64,000 bases of DNA from Bacillota bacterium. Its GTDB lineage: Bacteria > Bacillota > SHA-98 > UBA4971. The DNA lies in contig JASEJE010000010.1 of NCBI GenBank assembly GCA_030024085.1, positions 24,132 through 88,131 on the forward strand, read 5' to 3'. Of this stretch, positions 19,984 to 29,959 are shown piece after piece. Numbering within the stretch: the first letter of the stretch is position 1; each line of letters begins with the position of its first letter. Made by a program: the position numbers and the translations under genes. Below the pieces are notes generated by a model. The model saw nothing but the letters and a program-made list of their open reading frames with translations. It ran no database searches and had not been told where the DNA came from.

Positions 19984-21012
19984 TTGAGCGATCTCAGACG
20001 TCTTCGTGACCTCGTCCGTGTGGCAAAACTGTACTATGAGGCCAACATGTCTGAGCAAGAAATCGCGTCGTCTTGCGGTGTGTCACGATCGAGCGTGTCC
20101 CGCATGCTTGCGGAAGCGAAGCGCAGAGGAATCGTCACCATATCGTTCACTGGCTGGAACCGGCAGGGTACCACTGAGGCCAAGGAACTGCGATTCACGT
20201 ACGGGCTCAAAGAGGTCGTTCTCGTTCCCAAGATCGGTGGCGGCTCCGATGTGAGGCTAAAAGAGAGACTTGGCGCCGCCGCCGCGGCTTACGTGTCTGA
20301 GATAATCCGGCCAGGACAGATGGTAGGGGTATCCTGGGGAACCACGCTGCTCGAAGTGGCTCTGAAGTTGCGGGCTCGCAGGATACCCGGGTTGTCAGTG
20401 GTGCAACTCAACGGCAGTGTGGGTAAAGGCGGGGCTTCCTATTTGGGAGCACAAGTGCTCCAAATGATCGCGGCGAAACTCGGTGCGAAGGCGGTCCTGT
20501 TCCCCGCGCCGGCCATTGTTGGGGACCCATCCTTGAGTGAGGCGCTCATGAACGATGTGTCCATCACCGAGACGCTGGAAGCCGCAAGGGGATGCGACGT
20601 GGCTATCTTCACAGTGGGTGTTGTGGATCCCGGGTGTGTACTCGTGGCGGCGGGTTATCTGACGGCGAATGACATAAGGCGGCTCCAGGAGCGCGGAGCG
20701 GTAGGGGACATCTGTTCGCGGTTCTTCGACAGCCAAGGCAGGATTTGTGATGCAGAGCTCGACAGGCGCACTCTTGGTCTGTGCCTTTCAGACCTTGCGG
20801 CGATCCCCCTCAAGATACTCGTCGCGGGCGGAAGACATAAGATCGCGGGCATACTAGCGGCTCTTCGTGCTGGGTATGCCGATGTCTTGATAACGGACGA
20901 GACGACGGCTTCGGGCCTAAGAGACCTGGCTGAAGGCGAACTGTCCGGTGCGGAGAGCGCCAGGCCGAGTGTTGGTTGTGATGGCGGGTTGCTCCGCAAC
21001 GAAGGGGCTTGA
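19984..21012 (+). CDS. SorC/DeoR-family sugar-binding transcriptional regulator
   Basis: N-terminal HTH (VAKLYYE...IA...GVSRSSVSRML); GVSWGTT; GAVGDICSRFFD; LITDE. Confidence 0.92.
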   Translation: MSDLRRLRDLVRVAKLYYEANMSEQEIASSCGVSRSSVSRMLAEAKRRGIVTISFTGWNRQGTTEAKELRFTYGLKEVVLVPKIGGGSDVRLKERLGAAAAAYVSEIIRPGQMVGVSWGTTLLEVALKLRARRIPGLSVVQLNGSVGKGGASYLGAQVLQMIAAKLGAKAVLFPAPAIVGDPSLSEALMNDVSITETLEAARGCDVAIFTVGVVDPGCVLVAAGYLTANDIRRLQERGAVGDICSRFFDSQGRICDAELDRRTLGLCLSDLAAIPLKILVAGGRHKIAGILAALRAGYADVLITDETTASGLRDLAEGELSGAESARPSVGCDGGLLRNEGA

Positions 21013-21014
21013 AC

Positions 21015-21965
21015 ATGGGCATAGTGGATAACGACGAGCTGTGCGGGAGAGTGGCCAGGCTATACTACGGGGACGAACTGACTCAGGCAGAGATCGCTCA
21101 GCTGCTGGGGGTTTCTCGGTCCGTGGTCTCCAGATGTCTCTCTAGAGCTCTGGCGAGGCGCCTCGTTCAAATCGAGGTGCTTGACCCTGAGGAGGTCTGC
21201 AGGGAGCGGGCTGAGATCATCAGACAGCTATTCGGGCTACGGAAGGTGATAGTCGTACCGAACTCCGAGGACGACGACGATCAAGAAGCGAAACAGGCCC
21301 TGAGCGATGCAGCGACGGCATATCTCGATGGCATAGTCCGCGATGGCAGCGTGATAGCGGTTTCCTGGGGCACGACCATGTACGAGGTGGCCAAGCGCCT
21401 CGTCCCGCGACGCCTCTCCGGGGTCAGGGTCGTTCAATTGAACGGGAACGCTAGAGCAAGCCGGACTCACGAAAACGCCGCGACCATATTGATGAACTTC
21501 GCCCAGGCCTACTCCGCGGAGTCGTATTCGCTGCCGGTTCCCGCCGTCACCCGCAGCAGGGCCTTGTCCGCTCAGCTGCTCGCCGACCCGACCATCAGCT
21601 TTACCATCGACCTGGCGAGACAGGCGGACATTGCCATCTTCAGCATTGGCTTCCCCGACGCGCGCTCGATCTTGGTGGAAGCCGGGTACGTCACTGTCCA
21701 GGAAATAGCGGAGCTCGTTGCCCACGGGGCGGTGGGCGACGTCTGCTCGAGGTACTTCGGCATGAACGGGGAAGTCATCGATCCCGACCTCGACGCGCGG
21801 ACGATAGGGATCGGCCTCGACGATCTCCGGAACAAGGAACACTCCATCGGGGTCGCTGCCGGCGCCCACAAGGCGCGAGGGATTGTGGGTGCTGCCAGGG
21901 GCGGGTATGTGAACACGCTCATCATAGACGAACTCGCGGCCCTCGAGATGATGCGCCTCGTCTGA
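21015..21965 (+). CDS. SorC/DeoR-family transcriptional regulator
   Basis: VARLYY..ELTQAEIA..LGVSR; SWGTTM; GAVGDVCSRYF; LIIDE. Confidence 0.92.
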   Translation: MGIVDNDELCGRVARLYYGDELTQAEIAQLLGVSRSVVSRCLSRALARRLVQIEVLDPEEVCRERAEIIRQLFGLRKVIVVPNSEDDDDQEAKQALSDAATAYLDGIVRDGSVIAVSWGTTMYEVAKRLVPRRLSGVRVVQLNGNARASRTHENAATILMNFAQAYSAESYSLPVPAVTRSRALSAQLLADPTISFTIDLARQADIAIFSIGFPDARSILVEAGYVTVQEIAELVAHGAVGDVCSRYFGMNGEVIDPDLDARTIGIGLDDLRNKEHSIGVAAGAHKARGIVGAARGGYVNTLIIDELAALEMMRLV

Positions 21966-22151
21966 GAGCCTCTTGAGCTCTGCTTCCAAGAGTCCTTGGT
22001 GCCGCTCTGGTCTGGGGACAATCCTACGACATCGCAGAGGTGACCCTCCAAGGGGCGTGGTTGGGTTCAGAGCGGGTGCGGTTGGGTTCAGAGCCCCCGC
22101 GACCCGCCGGGGACACCTCCGAAAAAAGTCTCAGGGAAGTACGGTCTCGTT

Positions 22152-22222
22152 GAAGGATTTCGGGGCAGAGCGAAGAATATACGACATCGAGCACAGATGT
22201 GCGCATATGGGCACGCATGTGC
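22152..22222 (+). promoter_or_regulatory. sigH-like promoter plus tandem operator of the BMC operon
   Basis: GAAGGATTT-N12-AAGAATAT (22152-22180), then GCACAGATGTGC (22191-22202) and GCACGCATGTGC (22211-22222). Confidence 0.65.
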
Positions 22223-22422
22223 GCGAGCGCAAGGCCGTGGGGTCATGTAGTGGGTTGCGGCTCACCGGGCACTCGTGAGCGCTGGGCCGGGTCATCTTCG
22301 CCAGCGTTGCGCGGCGTGTCGAGCGCGGCCTGCGAGCCGGCGGTCAAGCGGGATCCCATCACCATCAAGATCAAGCGCGCTCCGGGCGCGCGGCACTGAA
22401 GGCAACGCCCGGAAGTGAGGGT

Positions 22423-23379
22423 ATGCACGCTACTGCGGACCGAAAAGATGTCGAGCTCCTTGTGGAGATCGCGCGCATGTACTACGAATACGGCCTCGAC
22501 CAGCAAGAGATCGCCGAGAGGGTGGGCTTGTCGCGCAGCCGCATCTCCAGGATGCTGACAAGGGCGAGAGAGGCGGGCATTGTACAGGTCACCATTGCTG
22601 ACCCGTTCAGAGAGGAATCCTTGCTTGCCCAGGAGCTCCAGGCGAGGTACGGGTTGAAGAGGGTCGTTGTCTGCCCCGTTCCCCGGTCGAGCCGGGCGCC
22701 CCTGGCGTGGCACCTGGCGCAAGCTGCGGCGAGGCTGCTGAGAGAGCTGGTCCGGGACGGCTCCGTGATCGGCGTGTGTGGCGGGACGACGATGCTGGAA
22801 GTGGCGCGGGCGCTCCGGCCGCTGAAACGAAAGGACGTGAGCGTTGTCCAGCTCGAAGGGACGCTGTCCGGGAAAGGCGAAGCGCTCATCCACGGTAACG
22901 AGATAGCCCTTCTGTTCGCGAGAGCGTTCGCGGCCACGCCTTTCTTCCTGAGCGTGCCGGCGATTGTCGCCCACGAACAGGTGAGAGAGGCGCTCCTGAG
23001 CGACCGCAATGTCGCCAGGGTCCTCGACATGGGCAAGTCGGCCTCCGTCGCGGTCTTCTCCATCGGGCGCCCCGACAGATCCTCCCTGCTCGTTCAGGCA
23101 GGCTATTTCTCGCCCGAGGAGATGGATTCGCTCGTGGCCGCGGGGGCCGTCGGGGACCTCTGCTCCCGGTTCTTCGCAGAGGACGGGTCCGTTTGCGACG
23201 AGTCGCTGAACAGGAGAACGATCGGATTGGAACTCCAGGACTTCATGCAGAAGGATTTCGCAGTGGCAGTGGCGGGCGGCCCACAGAAAGTCGCAGGAGT
23301 AAGAGGGGCCCTGCGCGGCCGGTTCGCCAACGTGCTCGTCACTGACGAGGCAACGGCAAAGCAGTTGCTGGACGTATAG
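22423..23379 (+). CDS. SorC/DeoR-family regulator heading the BMC operon
   Basis: IARMYYE...QQEIA..VGLSRSRISRML; GAVGDLCSRFF; LVTDE. Same family as B. subtilis DeoR. Confidence 0.92.
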   Translation: MHATADRKDVELLVEIARMYYEYGLDQQEIAERVGLSRSRISRMLTRAREAGIVQVTIADPFREESLLAQELQARYGLKRVVVCPVPRSSRAPLAWHLAQAAARLLRELVRDGSVIGVCGGTTMLEVARALRPLKRKDVSVVQLEGTLSGKGEALIHGNEIALLFARAFAATPFFLSVPAIVAHEQVREALLSDRNVARVLDMGKSASVAVFSIGRPDRSSLLVQAGYFSPEEMDSLVAAGAVGDLCSRFFAEDGSVCDESLNRRTIGLELQDFMQKDFAVAVAGGPQKVAGVRGALRGRFANVLVTDEATAKQLLDV

Positions 23380-23428
23380 TGCTCGCGAGGCGGAGACTCA
23401 CTTGCTTGAAGGGCGAGGTGAGACGGGA

Positions 23429-25267
23429 ATGGCGCTTGACACGGACCTTGAGTCGATTCAAGAGGCGAGAGACGCGGTGCGTCGCGCTGCCGAGGCCCGC
23501 GTGAAGCTGGCGTCTTTCTCTCAGGAGCAGGTCGATCGCATCGTCGCGAAGATGGCGGATGCGGGGCGCGCACACGCGCGCGCCCTCGCGAAAATGGCGG
23601 TCGAAGAGACGGGTTTTGGGGTATATGAAGACAAGATCACGAAGAACCTCTTCGCGTCCGAACGCGTGTACGAGGCCATTCGCGATCTCAGGACGGTAGG
23701 CGTCATCCGGTGCGACCGGTCGCGCAGGGTCGCCGAGATAGCCGAGCCGGTGGGCGTGGTCGTCGCCCTCGTTCCGTCCACGAACCCGACGTCCACGGTC
23801 ATATACAAGAGCATGATAAGCCTCAAAGCCCGGAATCCCATCGTGTTCAGCCCGCATCCTTCTGCATGCAGGTGTAGTTGCCAGGCGGCGCAGGTGATGG
23901 CCGACGCGGCCGCCGCCGCTGGAGCGCCCAGGGGGGCGATCCAGTGTCTCGTTCATCCGACCAAGCAAGCCACGGACGAACTCATGCGCCATCCCGATAC
24001 AGCCCTCATACTCGCCACCGGCGGATCGGCCATGGTGAGGGCGGCGTACAGCGCGGGTAAGCCCGCCTACGGGGTGGGCCCGGGCAACGTGCCGGCGTTC
24101 ATCGAGCGCACGGCCGACATAAAGAGGGCCGTATCAGACATCTTCTCGAGCAAGACCTTTGACAACGGCACGATTTGCGCGTCCGAGCAAGCGATAGTGA
24201 CAGAGTCGGTCATCGAGGACAAAGTCGTGGAGGAGGTCAAAGCCCAAGGGGGACACTTCTTGACCGACGCGGAGGCCGCCGCGCTTTCGAAGACCGTGGT
24301 GACGTCCGGAGGCAACATCAACCCGTCCATCGTGGGAAGAAGCGCGGTGACCATAGCCAAAATGGCCGGGCTCTCTGTGCCGGACGGGACGTGCGTTCTT
24401 GTGGCCCGCCTTTCGGGAGTCGGGCCCCAGCACCCGCTTTCCAAGGAAAAGCTCAGTCCCATACTGGCTTTCTACGTCGAGCCCGACTGGCAGGCGGCCT
24501 GCGAACGGTGCATCGAGATCTTGGAGTTCGGCGGCATCGGCCACACCTTGGTCATTCACTCGCGAAATCCCGTTGTCATCAGGGAGTTTGCCATGAAGAA
24601 GCCGGTCTTCAGGATACTGGTCAACACCCCCTCCTCGCAAGGGGCCATCGGCGCGACGACCGGCCTGGATCCGGCGTTGACGCTCGGTTGCGGAACATGG
24701 GGCGGCAGCATCACCGCAGATAATGTCGGACCGTTGCACCTCGTCAACGTGAAACGTGTGGCGTACGGTCTGGATTTCGACGGTGCCGAACGGCTGTATG
24801 AGGAGATGTTGGAAGGAGCCGCAGGGGCGGACGTGACCTGCAGGCTTCCCGGCGCATCCGCTCGCCCCGCCGATGCGTTGCGTTGGGCGGGCGCGGGAGG
24901 GCCCAAGTCGGACGGACCCGGGGCTCCACCCGGTTCCGGCCAGCGCAGGTCGGTTCCTGCCATCATCGGTCCGGCGGCCGCCGTTGACAAGCCGGTCACA
25001 ACTCCCTTCCCTATCCCCGCGAGGGGCGGGAGCGCAGGCCGGGGCCGCGCGGGAGGGGCCGAGTCCGGCGGGAAGCCGGGCGCGACAGGCGCAGTTAGCA
25101 CAGCAAGCATGGCAACCATGGCGCGAGCGGCAGACGGGGGAGGACAGGCCGCCAAGGACTTGGCTTCCAGCAGGCAACCCCATCAGACCAGGCTTGTCAC
25201 GGATGAGGACATCCGGGCGGTCGTCGACAGGTTCCTTTCTGAGTTGAATCGTGCGAAGGGCGGCTGA
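23429..25267 (+). CDS. CoA-acylating aldehyde dehydrogenase of the BMC, with a long linker and C-terminal encapsulation peptide
   Basis: PSTNPTST, LATGG, GVGPGN, KTFDNGTICASEQ, EKLSP, LTLGCGTWGG; C-terminal amphipathic helix DEDIRAVVDRFLSEL. Confidence 0.93.
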   Translation: MALDTDLESIQEARDAVRRAAEARVKLASFSQEQVDRIVAKMADAGRAHARALAKMAVEETGFGVYEDKITKNLFASERVYEAIRDLRTVGVIRCDRSRRVAEIAEPVGVVVALVPSTNPTSTVIYKSMISLKARNPIVFSPHPSACRCSCQAAQVMADAAAAAGAPRGAIQCLVHPTKQATDELMRHPDTALILATGGSAMVRAAYSAGKPAYGVGPGNVPAFIERTADIKRAVSDIFSSKTFDNGTICASEQAIVTESVIEDKVVEEVKAQGGHFLTDAEAAALSKTVVTSGGNINPSIVGRSAVTIAKMAGLSVPDGTCVLVARLSGVGPQHPLSKEKLSPILAFYVEPDWQAACERCIEILEFGGIGHTLVIHSRNPVVIREFAMKKPVFRILVNTPSSQGAIGATTGLDPALTLGCGTWGGSITADNVGPLHLVNVKRVAYGLDFDGAERLYEEMLEGAAGADVTCRLPGASARPADALRWAGAGGPKSDGPGAPPGSGQRRSVPAIIGPAAAVDKPVTTPFPIPARGGSAGRGRAGGAESGGKPGATGAVSTASMATMARAADGGGQAAKDLASSRQPHQTRLVTDEDIRAVVDRFLSELNRAKGG

Positions 25268-25400
25268 AGTAGCGTAGGTAACGACCACGAGGTAACGACC
25301 ACAAGGTGGCATGAGGCGTACGTGGGCTGGCATCCGGGATGGGCGGGGTTGGGGCGGGACCGCACGCGAAAACGCACATTGTGACAGGGAGGCAGGACCG

Positions 25401-25676
25401 GTGGTTCAGGATGCACTGGGGATGGTTGAGACCAAAGGACTCGTGGGGGCCATCGAGGCGGCCGACGCGATGGTCAAGGCGGCGAACGTCGTGCTCATCG
25501 GCAAGGAGTACATCGGCGGCGGCTATGTGACGGTCATGGTCCGGGGCGACGTGGGGGCGGTGAAAGCCGCGACAGACGCGGGGGCGGCCGCCGCTGCGAG
25601 GGTCGGGGAGCTCGTGAGCGTGCACGTCATCCCGAGACCCCATACAGATGTCGATGGAATCCTGCCGAAAGCGTAA
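25401..25676 (+). CDS. BMC hexamer shell protein (EutM/PduA-like)
   Basis: ALGMVETKG...[12 protein letters not shown]...[11 protein letters not shown]...HVIPRPH. Confidence 0.96.
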   Translation: MVQDALGMVETKGLVGAIEAADAMVKAANVVLIGKEYIGGGYVTVMVRGDVGAVKAATDAGAAAAARVGELVSVHVIPRPHTDVDGILPKA

Positions 25677-25736
25677 GGCCCGACCCATCGCCGGCCGAGA
25701 GACGGGCCCGGCGCCGCTATCGCGCGGCGGAGGCAG

Positions 25737-26507
25737 GTGGAGATGGACTACAGCTCTATTGAGGATCTCATAGCAAAGTGTGTGAGAGAGCTCGAAGCGA
25801 GGGGCCTTGCGGTCCCGGGGGTCAAGCCGCCGCCTTCTGTTCCGGCTCCTGACCCGAGCGGCGGCCGGCTTTCGGCCCAAGAAGGCGGCAGCCCGGAATG
25901 GCGGGCGGGCGGGCCGATGGTGCCGGTGGGCGTCTCCAATCGCCACGTGCACCTGTGCGCGCGGGATTTCGAGGCGCTGTTCGGGGCCGAAAGCGCCAAG
26001 AGCGGTCTGGCGAGGCTGCGGGACCTTTCGCAGCCCGGGCAGTTCGTTGCGAAAGAGATGGTCGCCCTCGTCGGCCCCAAAGGGGACATACCTGGCGTCA
26101 GAGTGCTGGGGCCGCTGCGGTCGAGAACCCAGGTCGAGATAAGCCGCACGGATGGATTTGCGCTGGGCATCTCTCCGCCGGTTCGTGATTCGGGCGACCT
26201 CGACGGTTCCGCCCCCATCACTCTCGTGGGGCCGGCTGGTGCCGTAAACCTGAAGGAGGGCGCCATCATCGCGACCCGCCACATCCATATGAGGCCGCAG
26301 GAGGCGTCTTCTTGGGGCCTTCGGGACGGCGACCGCGTGGAGGTGGAGGCTGCGGGGGCGCGGGGCCTGGTGTTCCGCGGCGTGCTCGTGAGGGTGAGGG
26401 AAGACTTTCAGCTCGAGATGCACGTCGATACCGACGAAGCCAACGCGGCGCTCTTGCGAAACGGCGACATGGTGAGAGTCGTCGGCAGGAGCTCGGCGTC
26501 GAGGTAA
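25737..26507 (+). CDS. pduL: PduL-type phosphotransacylase with N-terminal encapsulation peptide
   Basis: VSNRHVHL, LSQPGQF, R..TQVEIS.TD, RHIHM, EMHVDTDEANA; N-terminal helix IEDLIAKCVREL. Confidence 0.93.
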   Translation: MEMDYSSIEDLIAKCVRELEARGLAVPGVKPPPSVPAPDPSGGRLSAQEGGSPEWRAGGPMVPVGVSNRHVHLCARDFEALFGAESAKSGLARLRDLSQPGQFVAKEMVALVGPKGDIPGVRVLGPLRSRTQVEISRTDGFALGISPPVRDSGDLDGSAPITLVGPAGAVNLKEGAIIATRHIHMRPQEASSWGLRDGDRVEVEAAGARGLVFRGVLVRVREDFQLEMHVDTDEANAALLRNGDMVRVVGRSSASR

Positions 26508-26589
26508 CCGCAAGACGGTGGCAGGCAGGGCCGCCGTGAGAGAGACGAGACGATTGGAGCCTCGAAACGGCTCTGGAGGGGTAAGCCCT

Positions 26590-27138
26590 GTGGGTCTGGC
26601 GATAGGTCTCGTGGAGTTTGCAAACGTGACCAAAGGTATAGAGGGAACTGACGCCATGGTCAAAGCGGCCGATGTTGAGCTTCTGCTGGCGCGACCCACC
26701 TGTCCGGGAAAGTTCACGACCCTCGTGTCCGGAGACGTGGGCGCCGTGAAAAGCTCGATTGCCGCAGGGACCGTGGTAGGCGCCGACGCCGTGGTGGACG
26801 AGTTCGTCTTGCCCAACGTGCATCCAGGGGTGTTTCCAGCGATAACCGCGACGTCCGACGTGCGGGAGGTGAAGGCGCTCGGCGTGATCGAGACCTTTAC
26901 GGTCGCGTCCGCCATAGTTGCGGCTGACGCCGCTCTCAAGGCCGCGGCGGTCGAGGCCATCGAGCTGAGGCTCGCCATCGGGCTCGGCGGCAAGTGCTTC
27001 GTCACTCTTACAGGAGACGTGGGCGCAGTGCAGGCGGCAGTGAGCGCGGGTAGCGCCGACGCAAGCGCGAGGGGGCTTCTGGTCTCCCGCGTAGTGATCC
27101 CGTCACCGGCGAAGGAGCTTGTCGCGGCTCTCTTGTGA
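26590..27138 (+). CDS. pduT: PduT-like tandem BMC trimer with a potential Fe-S ligand Cys
   Basis: Two BMC domains; TCPGK motif; RLAIGLGGK. Confidence 0.9.
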   Translation: MGLAIGLVEFANVTKGIEGTDAMVKAADVELLLARPTCPGKFTTLVSGDVGAVKSSIAAGTVVGADAVVDEFVLPNVHPGVFPAITATSDVREVKALGVIETFTVASAIVAADAALKAAAVEAIELRLAIGLGGKCFVTLTGDVGAVQAAVSAGSADASARGLLVSRVVIPSPAKELVAALL

Positions 27139-27153
27139 GATGGGGGTGCTCGA

Positions 27154-27648
27154 GTGCGTGCGGTGATCACCGAGGCTGAACTGAAAAGGCTTGCGCCAGC
27201 CTCGAGGGTCCTGGTGCCGCGTGGCGCGATTGTAACTCCCGCAGCCAGAGACTACGCCAGGGATAATGGAATCGCGCTCATCGAGATAGCCGGCGAGGGC
27301 GTCTTCGGGGTCTCGCGCGGCGGGAACGAAGAAGATGCGCGTGCCTTCGTCTTCGCCGCGGTCGCAGGCACGCTGCCAGGCACGCTGTCCCGTGCCGGCA
27401 GGTGTCCTCCCGGTGCGGAAGGCCGTTTCCTAGTGTGTGGTGCGCACCCAAGCGCCGAAACGAACGCCGGGGCGCGCTTGCAGCCGGACATGGGCGTTCA
27501 GGAGGTCATGGAGCGAATAGTCCGGGCTGCCATCGCGAATCTGGGACCACATGCCACCAGAGAGACTCTTGTCAAGGTATTGATTACCGTATTGATCCGC
27601 CTGGGTTACGCGGTTGGAGTGTCAGGCATTACGTCGCAGGACCGGTGA
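27154..27648 (+). CDS. BMC-associated hypothetical protein
   Basis: N-terminal VITEAEL...AIVTPAARDYARDNGI module of the kind seen on BMC accessory proteins; C-terminal EP-like helix VQEVMERIVRAAIANL. Confidence 0.7.
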   Translation: MRAVITEAELKRLAPASRVLVPRGAIVTPAARDYARDNGIALIEIAGEGVFGVSRGGNEEDARAFVFAAVAGTLPGTLSRAGRCPPGAEGRFLVCGAHPSAETNAGARLQPDMGVQEVMERIVRAAIANLGPHATRETLVKVLITVLIRLGYAVGVSGITSQDR

Positions 27649-27664
27649 AAGGGGGTGAACCCAA

Positions 27665-27970
27665 GTGGCCATGGAAGCGCTGGGAATGATTGAGACCAGA
27701 GGGCTCGTCGCGATGATAGAGGCTGCTGACGCCATGGTTAAGGCGGCCAACGTGAGGCTCGTGGGCTGGGAGAAGATCGGCGGCGGGTATGTGACTGTCC
27801 TGGTGAGAGGAGAAGTGGCGGCGTGCAAGTCGGCCTGCGAGGCCGGTGCGGCTGCGGCTGCGAAGATCGGCGAGGTTGTGTCGGTGCACGTCATTCCGAG
27901 ACCGCACTTCGACCTTGAGGGCAAGCTGCCCATTTCCCTGCCGGAGACGAAGAAGGAGAAGGGCCAGTAG
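27665..27970 (+). CDS. BMC hexamer shell protein
   Basis: [10 protein letters not shown]...[12 protein letters not shown]...HVIPRPH. Confidence 0.96.
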   Translation: MAMEALGMIETRGLVAMIEAADAMVKAANVRLVGWEKIGGGYVTVLVRGEVAACKSACEAGAAAAAKIGEVVSVHVIPRPHFDLEGKLPISLPETKKEKGQ

Positions 27971-28118
27971 CGCACTGCTCACCCCCGGACCGGGCGCGGC
28001 GACGGCCGCCGGTTCTACGACAGGACTGCGACTGTGCGGTCGCGCCCGGTGACGGTGAGGGCATACGAGCCCACACCCACATGAGTGTACCCCGGTTGAG
28101 CGAAGAGGGGGGATCTCC

Positions 28119-28412
28119 TTGATCGCGTGCAGAGTGGTGGGCACCGTGGTTTGCACGAGAAAGGACGAGAAACTCGTAGGTTCGAAGCTCCAGATCGTGG
28201 AGCCTATATCCCTGGTTGACCAGTCTCCCGATGGAAAACCCCTGGTGGCGATAGATACGGTTGGAGCGGGCGAGGGGGAAATCGTGCTCGTCGTGAGCGG
28301 AAGTTCGGCCCGCCAGACGTCGAGGACTCAGAATACGCCAGTGGACGCGGTCATAATGGCGATCGTGGACTCCATCGAGATGAGCGGCAAGTTGGTGTAC
28401 CGAAAGAGCTGA
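28119..28412 (+). CDS. BMC pentamer (EutN/CcmL family)
   Basis: VVGTVVCTRKDEKL.G.KL...VAIDTVGAGEGE.VL..SGSSAR...PVDAVIMAIVD. Confidence 0.95.
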   Translation: MIACRVVGTVVCTRKDEKLVGSKLQIVEPISLVDQSPDGKPLVAIDTVGAGEGEIVLVVSGSSARQTSRTQNTPVDAVIMAIVDSIEMSGKLVYRKS

Positions 28413-28558
28413 CAAGCGCTGACACGCCCGCAAGCTTGTTCCCTCGTTCCGCGGGTGCGGCTCGGGGAGTCGGATGACCGGGCGGGCGCGAAAGACGCGG
28501 CGAGCGCGGCGGGCGTCGGTTGGTCGGTTGAGTGTTGGATCCTTCAGGTGGTGGAAGG

Positions 28559-29959
28559 ATGGCATCCGCGGCGGTGACGGACATCGTACATGCCATAGGA
28601 GCTGCAGGCGTCGTGGGGGCCGGCGGAGCGGGGTTCCCGACGCACGTCAAGTTGTCCGCGACCGTGGACACCGTGATCGCGAACGGTGCCGAGTGCGAGC
28701 CCTTGCTTGAGGCGGACCACGCGGTGATGGTGCTCGAGCCTGCGAGAGTGTTGGCCGGTCTCAAGATCGCCATGACCGCGACCGGCGCTACCCGGGGTTA
28801 TGTGGCTGTCAAGGAGAAGCGCGGGACCGCGCTGCGTGTGATGACCGAGCTCATCCAGAGGGAAGAGGGAATCAGCGTGTTCGCCCTCGACGATGTGTAC
28901 CCCATCGGCGATGAGCACGTGCTCGTTCACGAAGTGACGGGCAGGCACGTCCCCGAAGGCGGCTTACCTCTCGAGGCGGGTGTCGTCGTGAGCAACGTGG
29001 CCACTCTCGCGAGCGTGGCTGACGCAGTTGAGGGCCGCCCGGTGACCTCGCGCTACGTGACAGTTGCCGGGGCGGTCGCCCGGCCTGTGACCGCGAGGTT
29101 CCCGATAGGCACCTCGGTGGCTGACGCGATCGCCTTCGCGGGCGGACCGCTCACTGAACGGTACAGGGTCATTCTGGGCGGGCCAATCATGGGCAAGCTG
29201 GCGCCTGACACGTCCGCCGTGGTGACGAAGGTGACAGGCGGCATCATCGTGCTTCCCGCGGACCATCCCCTGGTAAGGACGCGCGAGAGCGATATCGGGG
29301 TCATCATCAGGCAGGCGAGGGCCGCGTGCTGCCAGTGCATGAGCTGCACCGAGACCTGCCCCCGGCATCTCCTGGGGCACAGGATAGCGCCTCATCTCAT
29401 CATGCGCGCTGTAAGCATGTCGCCGGGGCCGCCGCCCGACACCGTCGCCGGCGCTTGGTTGTGCTCCGAGTGTGCGGTGTGTGCCACGGTCGGCTGCCCA
29501 TCGGGTCTTTCGCCGGTCAGGGTGAACCAGGCCCTCAAGCAGTCCATGGCCAGGAAAGGCATGAAGAATCCATACCATGAGAAGGACATCTCTTCACACC
29601 CGCTGCGAACGGCTAGGCGGGTTCCCTCGTCGCGGATGGTGACGAGGGCGGGGATTGCTTCTTACATGACACGCCCGGGAGACGGTTTTGCCGAAGCCGG
29701 TGAGACTGCCCGTCACAGTTCACATACAGAGTGCTTGTCCGCGGTGTTCCAGCCCGACAGGGTAAGCATCCCCCTGCTTCAGCACGTGGGCGCTCCCGCG
29801 GTGCCGTGCGTCAAGGCCGGGGATGAGGTGCACGAGGGGGAACCCATCGCCGAGATCCCCGCGGGGAAACTGGGGGCGAGAATCCATGCGAGCATTTCCG
29901 GGACAGTCACCGATGTCGGCGATGCTATAACGATCGTGGCCGGGAGGCGCAGACGATGA
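28559..29959 (+). CDS. pduS: PduS/RnfC-like flavin Fe-S oxidoreductase
   Basis: GVVGAGGAGFPTHVK, NGAECEPLL, CCQCMSCTETCPR, CSECAVC...CP, C-terminal QHVGAPA...IHASISG. Confidence 0.9.
   Translation: MASAAVTDIVHAIGAAGVVGAGGAGFPTHVKLSATVDTVIANGAECEPLLEADHAVMVLEPARVLAGLKIAMTATGATRGYVAVKEKRGTALRVMTELIQREEGISVFALDDVYPIGDEHVLVHEVTGRHVPEGGLPLEAGVVVSNVATLASVADAVEGRPVTSRYVTVAGAVARPVTARFPIGTSVADAIAFAGGPLTERYRVILGGPIMGKLAPDTSAVVTKVTGGIIVLPADHPLVRTRESDIGVIIRQARAACCQCMSCTETCPRHLLGHRIAPHLIMRAVSMSPGPPPDTVAGAWLCSECAVCATVGCPSGLSPVRVNQALKQSMARKGMKNPYHEKDISSHPLRTARRVPSSRMVTRAGIASYMTRPGDGFAEAGETARHSSHTECLSAVFQPDRVSIPLLQHVGAPAVPCVKAGDEVHEGEPIAEIPAGKLGARIHASISGTVTDVGDAITIVAGRRRR

Noticed and set aside
25197-27170. 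657-aa minus-strand ORF and other long antisense ORFs (e.g. 59..1132, 24134..25333, 60168..61430)
   Set aside because: Shadow frames of well-supported genes in high-GC DNA, with no recognisable motifs.
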